Source of the DNA: Minisyncoccota bacterium
Lineage (GTDB): Bacteria; Patescibacteriota; Minisyncoccia; Phycocordibacterales; UBA9973
DNA length: 64,000 nt
NCBI GenBank assembly: GCA_041658325.1
Contig: JBBAAI010000001.1
Coordinates: 154,869 to 218,868 of the forward strand
Reading direction: 5' to 3'
Part shown: one piece after another, positions 1-9,565 of the stretch
How positions within the stretch are numbered: position 1 is the stretch's first letter
Layout of the letters: the number at the start of each line of letters is the position of its first letter
Notes under the pieces: generated by a model
Databases searched by the model: none
Told to the model about the DNA's origin: nothing
The model's input: only the letters and a program-made list of their open reading frames with translations
Translations under genes and position numbers: made by a program

Positions 1-29
1 AAATTATATATAAAAAATATAAACAATAT

Positions 30-1127
30 ATGAAAATAGAATGTTCAATTGAAAAAATCAAAAATGCTATCTTCCAAACAGAAAGAATAACTGGTAAAAA
101 TCTTACCTTACCGATTTTAAATTCAATTTTATTAACTGCCTCTGGTAAATCATTAAAATTAAGATCCACAAATTTAAATCTTGGTGTTGAAATTGAAATT
201 TCCGCAAAAATAGAAAAAGAAGGAAGTTTAGCCATTTCAGGAACAGTATTGAACGCTGTTTTTTCTAATGTTTCTCAAAATGAAAATGTTTTTATAGAAA
301 AAAAAGATGAAAATTTATTAATTAAAACAAAAAAGAGTCAAATAAAGTTAAAAAGTCAGCCACACGATGATTTTCCAACGATTCCAATAGTTACCGGGGC
401 TAGTTTTGAGATAGAATCAAAAAAACTAATTGAAGGTATTAAATCAGTTTATTATAGTTCTTCAGTTTCAGATATTAAACCAGAAATTTCGAGCGTTTTT
501 ATCTACACGAAAGAAGATAGTTTAGTTTTTGTTTCTACGGACTCCTTTAGGTTGGCAGAAAAAAGAATAAAAGTAAAAGGAGTTGAGGAAATCTCGGGAA
601 TTTTAATACCCTTCAGAAATATTGGGGAAATAATGAAAATTTTTGGAGAAATTCAAGGAACAATAAATGTTTGTTTTAATAAAAATCAAATTTCTTTTTC
701 TTCCGATGGTGTTTATTTAACCTCACGGATAATTGATGGAATTTTTCCAGACTATCGTCAAATTATTCCAAAAGAATCATCCACCGACGTGGTGGTTTTA
801 AAACAAGACTTATTAAATGCCTTAAAACTTTCAAATGTTTTTTCCGATAAATTTAATCAGGTTAATCTTAAAATTTTACCAAAAGAAAAAGTTTTAGAAT
901 TTTCTTCTGTAAATAATGATATTGGAGAAAATAAAACATATTTAGATGCTGTTATAAACGGAGAAAATATTGAACTAGGTTTTAATTATAAGTATTTTTT
1001 AGATTGTTTCCAATCAATCACCACCGACAGTGTTTCTATAAAATTTTCCGGGAATTCTAAACCAATAGTTGTTTCTCCTGTTTCCGACCCGTCTTTTACT
1101 TACCTTATTATGCCAATGAATAAATAA
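30..1127 (+). CDS. dnaN: DNA polymerase III beta sliding clamp
   Basis: 365 aa with beta-clamp motifs (STNLNLG, STDSFRLAE, GIFPDYRQIIP, C-terminal YLIMPM). Confidence 0.97.
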   Translation: MKIECSIEKIKNAIFQTERITGKNLTLPILNSILLTASGKSLKLRSTNLNLGVEIEISAKIEKEGSLAISGTVLNAVFSNVSQNENVFIEKKDENLLIKTKKSQIKLKSQPHDDFPTIPIVTGASFEIESKKLIEGIKSVYYSSSVSDIKPEISSVFIYTKEDSLVFVSTDSFRLAEKRIKVKGVEEISGILIPFRNIGEIMKIFGEIQGTINVCFNKNQISFSSDGVYLTSRIIDGIFPDYRQIIPKESSTDVVVLKQDLLNALKLSNVFSDKFNQVNLKILPKEKVLEFSSVNNDIGENKTYLDAVINGENIELGFNYKYFLDCFQSITTDSVSIKFSGNSKPIVVSPVSDPSFTYLIMPMNK

Positions 1128-1128
1128 A

Positions 1129-1386
1129 ATGATTGAAATTAAAGATTTATTAATTGGGTTTAATAATCTTCTTTTTTCTGAAAAAATTAAAATAGAGGCT
1201 ATTAGAAATGTTATTTTTGAGGTTGTTGGTATTGAAATAAAAAATCAAGATATTAAAATAAAAAATAATATAATTTATTTAAACATTAAACCTATTTATA
1301 AAAATGAAGTTTTTATAAAACAAAACCAAATTCATTTAAAACTCAAAGAAGTTTTAAATAAAAAATCTCCCCCAGAAATAAGATAA
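1129..1386 (+). CDS. Small hypothetical protein directly after dnaN (possibly DciA/DUF721-like)
   Basis: 85 aa ORF starting 1 nt after the dnaN stop; family guess rests on position and size only. Confidence 0.55.
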   Translation: MIEIKDLLIGFNNLLFSEKIKIEAIRNVIFEVVGIEIKNQDIKIKNNIIYLNIKPIYKNEVFIKQNQIHLKLKEVLNKKSPPEIR

Positions 1387-1389
1387 TTG

Positions 1390-3924
1390 TTATTGTACCC
1401 TAAAATTTAGGGTTGATTCACTGCGGTTGTATACTGTGTCGTAAGATATTATTTTTAGTGTATTTTCTGCTTGAATGTTTCCTATTTCCCTTGGGGTAAA
1501 GGAAAAAATAAAAGGTGATTTTATCGTTTCTATATAAATATCATTTATAAAAACATCTATTTTTAATAAAGGAAAAACACCAAAACTTGAAGTTTTTAAA
1601 TAAATTTTTTGGTCTTGTGGGTAGTTTATTGTGTTGTTTGGTTCAAGAATTAAAACTGTTGGTTTTGATAAATCTGTGTGTATGTCATCTGTCATGGTTG
1701 GTTTTTCTTCCCATGTTGTTGTTGAATATCCATTTTTATTTTGGGCCCACCAGTTTTGTACAGGTATTTCCCAATGATTAAACTGAGGGTCACTCTCTGG
1801 GTTTATTGGGGCTAAACCAAGAATATCGTTTTTGTTTATCCAAAACAAAATTGAATGTACATTTGTTATTACTTTTTCTTGCAGGGTTTCTTTGGGGGTG
1901 AGGGGGGTGGCCAGTTTTCCTGAAAGTTTGTCTATGAAGAAATTTTCATTTCCTTGCCAAAAACCACGTAGGGCTGGTTTTATTTTTTTGGGATCAATTT
2001 CTGTATCTGGTTTTTCAAAACTTTCATTTGGTAAGTTTTTTAATGCTTCAATTATAAATTTATTCCAAATTGGTCCTGCCATTGTTGAACCTCCTTTTTT
2101 CATCGGAGCGTTTTCATTATTACCAGCCCAAACTCCCACTACAATAGATGGTGTATATCCAACAGTCCAGGCATCTTTATTACTATTAGTTGTTCCTGTC
2201 TTTACCGCCACTTTTTTCCCAGCTATTTGAAGAACTGAATTTGTTCCAAAGGTTGGAATCCGAGCTTCATTGTCAGATAAAATATCAGAAATAGTTAAAG
2301 CAGTGTTTTTAGGTAAGACCTCTTGTGTTTTTGGACTAAATTCTTCTAAAATTTTTCCATTTAAATCTTCAACTTTTAAAATTCCAGTATATGGATTTTT
2401 AAGGCCGCTATTTGCAAAAACTCCATAAGCGGAAGTCATATCAAGAAGAGATACTTCACCACCTCCAATAACAAGAGTGAGTCCGTATTGTCCGACATCT
2501 TTTAAAGTACTAATTCCCATACTTTCTGCTGTTTTTAGTGAATCAGAAAGTCCTGCTAAATAAAAAAGTTTTACTGCTGGTATGTTGATTGATTGAGCTA
2601 AGGCATCTCGTAGTGCCATTGGCCCACGATATTTTCCATCATAATTGTCTGGCATATAACAGTCCTTTTGACTGTATCCAGGGAGGGCTTTACCATAAGC
2701 GTTACAGGTGGTTTGAAATTCTGTAGGTAGATCAAAGAGTACTGTTTCTGGAGTAAAACCCTTATTGAAGGCTGTGGCGTAAATAAAAGGCTTAAAAGAG
2801 GAGCCTGGTTGTCTGTTAGCTGTGGCTATATTAAAATTACCATCAATTGTTTTATCAAAATAGTCTCTTGACCCAACCATTGTTAAAATCTGTCCAGTTT
2901 TTGGGTCTATTGCTACTAATCCCGCATTTTTTCCACTCCAATCTTTTTCGTTTTTAAGGGCACCCTCTTTTACAATTTGTTCCGCTTTTGTTTGTAAATC
3001 AATATCAATAGTCGTAGTGATTTTAAGTCCTCCATTTTCCATCATACTAGATCCATATTTTTGTTCTAAATAATCTTTAATAAAAAAAACAAAATGTGGC
3101 GCCTTAATTCCTGTAGTTGCTTGTGGAACAAAAGCAACTACTTCATTTTTTGCTTTATTGTATTCTTCTTTTGTAATAAACCTAAGTTCCAACATCCTAG
3201 AAAGTACTAAATTTTTTCTCTCCTCTAATTTATTTTTATTTTTTCCATAAGGAGAAAAAAAAGTTGGAGACTGGGGGATAGATGCTAAATAAGATGCTTC
3301 CGCTAAGGTTAAATCCTGAGCATTTTTATTAAAATAGGTTTTACTGGCTGCTTCTATTCCATAAACATTTCCGCCATAAGGAATTTCATTTAAATAGGCT
3401 TCTAAAATTTTTTCTTTTGGCATAGATTTATCAATTTTTATTGCCAAAACCCATTCCTTTATTTTTCTAATATAACTCTTCTTTTGGGTAAGAAGAGTGT
3501 TTTTTACTAACTGTTGGGTGATGGTTGATCCACCTCCCCCGATTCCAAAACCAAATAAATTTGAAAGAAATGCTCGAACGATAGAGGTTATTCTTATTCC
3601 TCCATGAGTATAAAACTCAGAGTCTTCAATGGCGACGGTTGCATTTTTAATGTTCAAGCCCATTTGGTCAAAAGAGATATCTGTTCTTTTTGTATCTTGA
3701 TGTATGTCATAAAGGAGAATTTCGCCTGTACGATCATAAATTTGAGTCGAATTTACAACCTTTCTATTTTTAAAAGAATTAAAATCAGGAATACTCATAG
3801 AAAAGATCCAAATAATCACAACACTAGAGATTAAAACAAAAAGACCCGCCAAAAAGAATACTATATTTTTTAATAATCTTTTGTTTTTATATATATTTTT
3901 TAATATTTTAGATATTTCTTTCAT
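1390..3924 (-). CDS. Class A penicillin-binding protein (transglycosylase/transpeptidase) with C-terminal Ig-like extension
   Basis: EDSEFYTHGG and GGSTITQQLVKN (TG domain); SSFK, SIN and KTGTT (TP motifs); N-terminal TM helix. Start trimmed to ATG 3924 to avoid overlap with tyrS. Confidence 0.93.
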   Translation of the reverse strand: MKEISKILKNIYKNKRLLKNIVFFLAGLFVLISSVVIIWIFSMSIPDFNSFKNRKVVNSTQIYDRTGEILLYDIHQDTKRTDISFDQMGLNIKNATVAIEDSEFYTHGGIRITSIVRAFLSNLFGFGIGGGGSTITQQLVKNTLLTQKKSYIRKIKEWVLAIKIDKSMPKEKILEAYLNEIPYGGNVYGIEAASKTYFNKNAQDLTLAEASYLASIPQSPTFFSPYGKNKNKLEERKNLVLSRMLELRFITKEEYNKAKNEVVAFVPQATTGIKAPHFVFFIKDYLEQKYGSSMMENGGLKITTTIDIDLQTKAEQIVKEGALKNEKDWSGKNAGLVAIDPKTGQILTMVGSRDYFDKTIDGNFNIATANRQPGSSFKPFIYATAFNKGFTPETVLFDLPTEFQTTCNAYGKALPGYSQKDCYMPDNYDGKYRGPMALRDALAQSINIPAVKLFYLAGLSDSLKTAESMGISTLKDVGQYGLTLVIGGGEVSLLDMTSAYGVFANSGLKNPYTGILKVEDLNGKILEEFSPKTQEVLPKNTALTISDILSDNEARIPTFGTNSVLQIAGKKVAVKTGTTNSNKDAWTVGYTPSIVVGVWAGNNENAPMKKGGSTMAGPIWNKFIIEALKNLPNESFEKPDTEIDPKKIKPALRGFWQGNENFFIDKLSGKLATPLTPKETLQEKVITNVHSILFWINKNDILGLAPINPESDPQFNHWEIPVQNWWAQNKNGYSTTTWEEKPTMTDDIHTDLSKPTVLILEPNNTINYPQDQKIYLKTSSFGVFPLLKIDVFINDIYIETIKSPFIFSFTPREIGNIQAENTLKIISYDTVYNRSESTLNFRVQ

Positions 3925-3964
3925 CCCTTTAATCATAGCAGAAAATATGTTATTATCCAGAAAT

Positions 3965-5146
3965 ATGAAGATTATTACAGATGAGAAAAAAATAGAGGAG
4001 GTTTTAACTCGGGGAGTGGAGGAAATTATCGTCCGTAAAGATTTAGAAGAAAAATTAAAATCAGGCAAAATATTACGAATAAAATTAGGAATTGACCCAA
4101 CGAGCCCAGACATTCATATAGGAAGAGCAATTCCTCTTTTGAAGTTGCGAGATTTTCAAGAACTAGGACACAAGATTATTTTTATTGTTGGTGATTTTAC
4201 TGGAGTTATTGGAGATACTTCAGACAAAGACAGTGAAAGGCCAATGCTTTCGGATGAAGTAATAAAGAAAAACATGAAAGATTATGTTGAACAAGCCGGC
4301 AAAATTATTGATTTATCAAAATGTGAGATTTTTTACAACAGTAAATGGTTGAGTAAGTTAACTTATGGTGAGATAGGAGTACAGGCCGACTGTTTTTCTT
4401 TGTCTGATTTTAGTTCCCGTGAAAACATAAAAAGAAGATTAGATGCGGGAAACAGGGTATCTTTGCGCGAAGTTTTATATCCATTAATGCAAGGATATGA
4501 TTCTGTTGCTGTAAAAGCTGATGTGGAGATTGGGGGAACTGACCAAAGGTTTAATTTATTAGCAGGAAGAAAACTGCAAGAAAAATATGGACAAACTTCT
4601 CAAAATATAATAATGAATCCATTACTTATTGGAATTGATGGCAGAAAAATGAGCTCAAGCTGGGGTAACACCATTAATCTTAAAGCAGAACCAAGTGATA
4701 TGTATGGCAAAGTTATGTCTTTGAGTGATAGTCTTATTGTGCAATATTTTGAGCTTACTACTCGCGTACCTATGTCTGAGGTGAAAAAAATAAAAGAAAT
4801 GAATCCACGAGACGCTAAGATGCGTCTTGCTTTTGAAATTGTAAAAATTTATCACGAAGAAAAGAAGGCAAAAAAGGCTGAAGAAAATTTTATTAAAACT
4901 TTTCAAAAAAAAGAAATTCCGGAAGAAATAGAAGAAACAAAATGCAAAAAAGGAGAATTATTAAGTGAAGTTTTAGTAAAAAATAAGATTTTATCTTCAA
5001 AAGGTGAGTGGCGCAGGCTTGTTTTAGAAAATGCTGTTCATAATTTGTTAAAAAATGAAAATATTAAAGATATAAATTTAAAAATTTTAGAAAATTTAAC
5101 TTTAAAAATAGGAAAGAAAAGATTTGTAAAAATTATACAAAAATAA
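3965..5146 (+). CDS. tyrS: Tyrosyl-tRNA synthetase
   Basis: GIDPTSPDIHIGR (HIGH-like), YPLMQGYD, GGTDQRFN, KMSSS, C-terminal S4-like IGKKRF; start ATG 3965. Confidence 0.96.
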   Translation: MKIITDEKKIEEVLTRGVEEIIVRKDLEEKLKSGKILRIKLGIDPTSPDIHIGRAIPLLKLRDFQELGHKIIFIVGDFTGVIGDTSDKDSERPMLSDEVIKKNMKDYVEQAGKIIDLSKCEIFYNSKWLSKLTYGEIGVQADCFSLSDFSSRENIKRRLDAGNRVSLREVLYPLMQGYDSVAVKADVEIGGTDQRFNLLAGRKLQEKYGQTSQNIIMNPLLIGIDGRKMSSSWGNTINLKAEPSDMYGKVMSLSDSLIVQYFELTTRVPMSEVKKIKEMNPRDAKMRLAFEIVKIYHEEKKAKKAEENFIKTFQKKEIPEEIEETKCKKGELLSEVLVKNKILSSKGEWRRLVLENAVHNLLKNENIKDINLKILENLTLKIGKKRFVKIIQK

Positions 5147-5168
5147 AAACACCCTTCAGGGTGTTTTT
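5146..5168. terminator. Intrinsic terminator after tyrS (probably bidirectional)
   Basis: AAAAACACCC-TTCA-GGGTGTTTTT followed by a T-run. Confidence 0.75.
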
Positions 5169-5178
5169 ATTTTTTTTG

Positions 5179-5301
5179 TTATCTATCTTTATCTGGATCT
5201 TCTTCGTCTAAACCAAAATCAGTCATTCCCTCAGGAATATCTAAATCATCATCACCGTCCATTTTAAATTCTTCTTCCTCTACTTCGTCTTCGTCACGCA
5301 T
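5179..5301 (-). CDS. Small highly acidic protein, 40 aa (not in ORF track)
   Basis: Hand translation MRDEDEVEEEEFKMDGDDDLDIPEGMTDFGLDEEDPDKDR*; 21/40 residues D/E; fills the gap between ruvC and the tyrS terminator. Confidence 0.6.
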   Translation of the reverse strand: MRDEDEVEEEEFKMDGDDDLDIPEGMTDFGLDEEDPDKDR

Positions 5302-5406
5302 ATAAAATTTTATTTTAAATTTTATTTAAATCCGCTTTTGGCGGAAAACGACCTACTAATAATTTCCTACTTTGTAACAAAATCTAAAAGAGTTAGCAAC
5401 AGAATA

Positions 5407-5415
5407 TGTGGATAA
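5407..5415 (-). promoter_or_regulatory. Consensus DnaA box
   Basis: TGTGGATAA on + equals TTATCCACA on -; intergenic, about 5 kb from dnaN. Confidence 0.5.
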
Positions 5416-5437
5416 CCTTTGACAAAAGAAAGACAAC

Positions 5438-5917
5438 CTAAAATCTCATATAAGCAAAGGCCGTTAACGCGATAGCAATAGCGTCTAACTCATCGTCAGA
5501 GGTTTTAGATTTATCTATTTTTACAAGAATTTTTACCATTTTCATAATCTGCGCTTTGTCAGAAGCACCATAACCAGTCGTTGCTATTTTTATTTGGGGA
5601 GGAGAAGCCTCAAAAATTTTAAGTCCTGCGCGAGAAGCTTCATAAATTACCACTCCGCGCGCTTCGGCGACGCACATAACTGTTTTATGATTAGTGGTTA
5701 AAAACAGAGTTTCAATTGAAAGAACCTCTGGTTTATATTTTTTTATTATTTTTTTAATTTCCCCTCCTATTAAATTTAATCGATCTCCAAATTCTAATTT
5801 AGTAGAGGTTTTAAAACATTCTGAAAAAAGAACGTGCTCATTTTTATCGTTTTTATTTTTTTCCAATACAGAGATACCTAATCTCTCATACCCTGGATCT
5901 ACTCCTAAAATTCTCAT
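5438..5917 (-). CDS. ruvC: Holliday junction resolvase RuvC
   Basis: ILGVDPG, EARGV, DDELDAIAIALT. Confidence 0.95.
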   Translation of the reverse strand: MRILGVDPGYERLGISVLEKNKNDKNEHVLFSECFKTSTKLEFGDRLNLIGGEIKKIIKKYKPEVLSIETLFLTTNHKTVMCVAEARGVVIYEASRAGLKIFEASPPQIKIATTGYGASDKAQIMKMVKILVKIDKSKTSDDELDAIAIALTAFAYMRF

Positions 5918-5935
5918 AATATTAAAAGTTTAACA

Positions 5936-6472
5936 CTATTCTGCATTAGTATACACATCTTGGACATCATCATTTTCTTCTAAATCTTCCACTAATTTGT
6001 CTAATAATTCTAAATCAGTGTCAGAAAGGGAAACAGTGGTTGTTGGTACCCACAGAAGTCCTTCGGAACTTTTTTCTTTTTTAAATGCCCAAGCAACCGA
6101 ACCAATTCCACCTAAGGCAAAACCATTTTTAGAAAGGACGTGTTTTATGTCTTGGGCTGTTCTATTTTTACTATCTGTTAAAGTTTCAATAATTATTCCT
6201 ACTCCTCCTGGGCCATATGCCTCATAAACAATTGCATCCATATGAGCTCCCGGCTCACTTGCTTTTTTGATAGCTCTCTCAATGTTTTCTGCCGGCATGT
6301 TTACTTTTTTTGCTTTTTCAATTGCTGAGCGTAATCCAGGGGATTCTTTACCCCCCGACAATTTTGCTTCTACTGAAATAAAACGCACTAGTTTAGAAAA
6401 GATTTTACTTTTTTTTGAATCAGTAATTGCCTTCTTGTGTTTTATTTGTGCCCACTTATTGTGTCCTGACAT
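5936..6472 (-). CDS. yebC: YebC/PmpR family protein (short form)
   Basis: MSGHNKWAQIKHKK, YEAYGPGG, LEENDDVQDVYTN; lies between ruvB and ruvC. Confidence 0.93.
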   Translation of the reverse strand: MSGHNKWAQIKHKKAITDSKKSKIFSKLVRFISVEAKLSGGKESPGLRSAIEKAKKVNMPAENIERAIKKASEPGAHMDAIVYEAYGPGGVGIIIETLTDSKNRTAQDIKHVLSKNGFALGGIGSVAWAFKKEKSSEGLLWVPTTTVSLSDTDLELLDKLVEDLEENDDVQDVYTNAE

Positions 6473-6480
6473 AAAAATAT

Positions 6481-7524
6481 TTAAAGTAATTTTTTTTGTA
6501 AATCTTCTGGAAGATCAAAACCTAAATGTTCATATGCTTTTTTAGTAGCAATGCGTCCGCGAGGGGAGCGTTCTAAGAGGCCGAGTTGAAGTAAGTATGG
6601 TTCTATCACTTCTTCCACTGTGGCCTCTTCTTCTGACATTGCAGCACCAATTGTTTTTAGCCCCACTGGTCCGCCGTTAAATTTTTCAATCAATATTTCT
6701 AAAAATTTTCTATCAGAGGAGTTTAATCCAATATCATCAATTGCAAGCATATTAAGGGCTTCTTTAACTGTTTTTTTATTTAAATCTTTTTTATGTACTT
6801 GGGCAAAGTCTCGACAACGTTTCAAAAAATAATTTGCGGTACGTGGAGTAAATCGACTTCGCTCGGCAATTTCTTTTATGGCTTCATTTTCTAGTATCGT
6901 TTTTAAAAGCTTACTGGATCTTTCTATTATTTTTGCAATTTCTTCATTGGAATAAAATTCCAATCTGAAAACTCCACCCGAAAAACGAGAACGAAGGGGA
7001 GAGGAGACCATGGCGACTCTAGTGGTTGCCGCAATTAAAGTAAAAGGAGGAAGATCTAGTTGAATGGTGCGAGCGGACGGGCCTTTGCCGATAATAATAT
7101 CTAAAACACCAGACTCCATTGCTGGATAGAGTATTTCTTCTACCATTTTATTAAGTCGATGAATTTCATCTATAAATAAAATATCTCCAGAAGAAAGATT
7201 TGTAAGGATAGAGGCTAAATCACCTACTTTTTCAATTGCCGGACCAGAAGTGATCTTCATTTGTCTACCTGTTTCCTTGGCTATAAGGTGCGCAAGGGTG
7301 GTTTTTCCTAATCCAGGAGGTCCATAAAATAAAATGTGTTCAGGAATATGGCCACGCTCTTCTGCCGCTCGCAGTAAGATTTTTACGTTGTCTTTTATGT
7401 GTTTTTGGCCGATATATTCATCCCAACTAGTAGGGCGAAGAGTTTGGTCTAAAAAAGAGTCATCAATAGTTGTGTTTTTTTCTGGGGTTATTTTATTTGG
7501 TGTTTTCGTGTTTTTGCTTGACAT
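6481..7524 (-). CDS. ruvB: Holliday junction branch migration ATPase RuvB
   Basis: LRPTSWDEYIGQ, GPPGLGKTT, FIDEIHRL, EPYLLQLG..RSPRGR. Confidence 0.97.
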   Translation of the reverse strand: MSSKNTKTPNKITPEKNTTIDDSFLDQTLRPTSWDEYIGQKHIKDNVKILLRAAEERGHIPEHILFYGPPGLGKTTLAHLIAKETGRQMKITSGPAIEKVGDLASILTNLSSGDILFIDEIHRLNKMVEEILYPAMESGVLDIIIGKGPSARTIQLDLPPFTLIAATTRVAMVSSPLRSRFSGGVFRLEFYSNEEIAKIIERSSKLLKTILENEAIKEIAERSRFTPRTANYFLKRCRDFAQVHKKDLNKKTVKEALNMLAIDDIGLNSSDRKFLEILIEKFNGGPVGLKTIGAAMSEEEATVEEVIEPYLLQLGLLERSPRGRIATKKAYEHLGFDLPEDLQKKLL

Positions 7525-7671
7525 TAGTTTAATATTATGCTATATTTGAAATGTTGTTGTTTTATTAACACAATATACACATAACTATGCACATTATAGC
7601 ATTTGTTGTTCTTTCTATATAGTATAATTATTTTTGTGAGATTATTTAAATTACCGCCAGGGCGGAGCAAG

Positions 7672-7820
7672 AAGGCATTAATCTCTAAGCAATCAGCCAT
7701 CGGTTATACGATTTTGCATAGGACGTTCTGGTACTTTTATTAGTTCACTGGGCCTATCCTATAATAATTTGTTACTCTTGGGGCCCAGCCCCGAAAGGAT
7801 TGTTTAGAGATTAATGCTTT
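7672..7820 (+). ncRNA. Candidate structured RNA (rod with central bubble, 6S-like topology)
   Basis: 23-nt terminal inverted repeat whose 2 non-Watson-Crick pairs are G-U on +; inner ATAGGA/TCCTAT stem; GGGGC-CCA-GCCCC hairpin; TATAAT about 45 nt upstream. Confidence 0.4.
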
Positions 7821-7829
7821 TTTTTATTT

Positions 7830-9527
7830 CTATTCTTCGCGTAGGTCAACAACGCTTTGTACTTCTTCAAACGAAGTAATGCCATTTATTATTTTTACCA
7901 TTCCATCTTGGCGCATAGAAAGTATTCCTTGAGCTCTCGCAACTTTTTTTATTTCTCGTTCACTTGGATTTTCTGTCATAATTTTTTCTATGGCCTCGTC
8001 TGTTCTAATGGCTTCAAAAATACCCATTCTTCCTTTAAATCCTGTCATGTTGCATTTTTCACAGCCAACAGAAGAAAAAAGCTTAAAAGGAACATCTGGA
8101 TTTATTTTATAATTTGAAAGACTTTTCCCTTCTTCTTTTATGCTATTTAGAACAGATTTCATTATTTCTTCCTCTTCTTTGTTTGGGGTTTTTCCTTTTT
8201 TACAAAAAGCGCACAATTTGCGTACTAATCGTTGGGCGATAGAAAGAGACAAAGCTGAAACTAAAATTTTTGGGTTTACTCCAAGGTCGATAAGTCGGGG
8301 AATAACACCAGCGGCATTGTTTGTGTGAAGAGTAGAAAAAACTATATGACCAGTAAGGGCTGATTGAACTGCTATTTCGGCGGTTTCTTTGTCGCGAATT
8401 TCTCCGACCATTACCACATCTGGATCTTGACGGAGAGCTGAACGTAGTCCTTCTGCAAAAGTATAACCTCTTTGGTCATTTGTTTGAGTTTGAGTTATAC
8501 CGGTTAAGTGATATTCAATCGGATCTTCAATGGTTATTATTTTTATTTCTGGAGAATAAATTTTCCTTAAAAAGGCATAAAGAGTAGTGGTTTTTCCAGA
8601 GCCGGTCGGACCAGTAACTAAAATTAGGCCATTTGGTTTTACAATTTCTTGTTCTATCACAGAAAATAAAAATGGTTCTATTCCTATCTCTTCAAGTTCT
8701 ATTTGAATAGACTTTGGATCCAAAATACGCATGACGATTGATTCACCATATGCTCCGGGGATAAGAGAAGCACGAATGCTTATTTCTTCTTTTTCTTCCA
8801 TAATACTAAAACGTCCATCCTGAGCTATATTGGAAGTTAATTTCATTCCAGACAATAATTTAATACGCGAATTTAATAATTTATAAACATCCGTTCCAAA
8901 AAAACTTACATCTTGTAAAACACCATCAAGACGCAGGCGCAATCTACCCCTTTCTTGTTCTGGTTCTATGTGTATATCAGAAGCTTTAATGGCTATTGCT
9001 CCAGCTAAAATTACTTCTAAAAGACGAGAAATTTTATGAATTTTATTTCCCTCTAAGGCCTCCGTTATCATTTTTTGAATATCCTGTATTTTTTGTATTT
9101 TATTTGCTGTCTCTCTTAAAACTTCTCCAGAAATATCCAATCCTCCAATCTTTGAAGTTTCTGCCATTGAAATTTCTTTATATCTTTCCCAAACTTTATT
9201 TATACTGGCCGTGGATACCATGTAAAAAGTTGGAATCAGATTTTTTCTCTCCATATCCTCTTTTAACCTTTTTATAAGATCGTCTTTTGGAGAGTGCAAG
9301 GCTATAAAAATATTTTTTCCAAAAAGTTTAAAAGGCGCTACGTTCATTTCCCTAGAATCTTTTTCAGATATTGCTCGAAGTGCTTCATTGTCTATACCTA
9401 GTCGATAGAGGTCAATATAAGGAAGACCATATTTGGATTCCGCCAGGGTTGCCACCAACTGCTCCTCTTCTTGTTTGTGTAAATCTTCTAGTTGTTTATT
9501 TTGTTTTTCTTCATCAAATAAAGCCAT
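7830..9527 (-). CDS. pilB: Type IV pilus/T2SS assembly ATPase (PilB/GspE)
   Basis: ASDIHIEP, GPTGSGKTTTLY, TIEDPIEY, LRQDPDVVMVGEIRD, CxxC zinc motifs. Confidence 0.9.
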   Translation of the reverse strand: MALFDEEKQNKQLEDLHKQEEEQLVATLAESKYGLPYIDLYRLGIDNEALRAISEKDSREMNVAPFKLFGKNIFIALHSPKDDLIKRLKEDMERKNLIPTFYMVSTASINKVWERYKEISMAETSKIGGLDISGEVLRETANKIQKIQDIQKMITEALEGNKIHKISRLLEVILAGAIAIKASDIHIEPEQERGRLRLRLDGVLQDVSFFGTDVYKLLNSRIKLLSGMKLTSNIAQDGRFSIMEEKEEISIRASLIPGAYGESIVMRILDPKSIQIELEEIGIEPFLFSVIEQEIVKPNGLILVTGPTGSGKTTTLYAFLRKIYSPEIKIITIEDPIEYHLTGITQTQTNDQRGYTFAEGLRSALRQDPDVVMVGEIRDKETAEIAVQSALTGHIVFSTLHTNNAAGVIPRLIDLGVNPKILVSALSLSIAQRLVRKLCAFCKKGKTPNKEEEEIMKSVLNSIKEEGKSLSNYKINPDVPFKLFSSVGCEKCNMTGFKGRMGIFEAIRTDEAIEKIMTENPSEREIKKVARAQGILSMRQDGMVKIINGITSFEEVQSVVDLREE

Positions 9528-9565
9528 TTACAATAAAGTATATCTTAAATGGTATAATTTACACA

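Noticed and set aside
3881-4113. Apparent head-to-head overlap of the PBP and tyrS ORFs
   Set aside because: Artefact of longest-ORF calling; likely starts at 3924 (-) and 3965 (+) do not overlap
9371-9565. N-terminal extension of PolA overlapping pilB
   Set aside because: PolA homology begins at ATG 9566, which has a TATAAT just upstream
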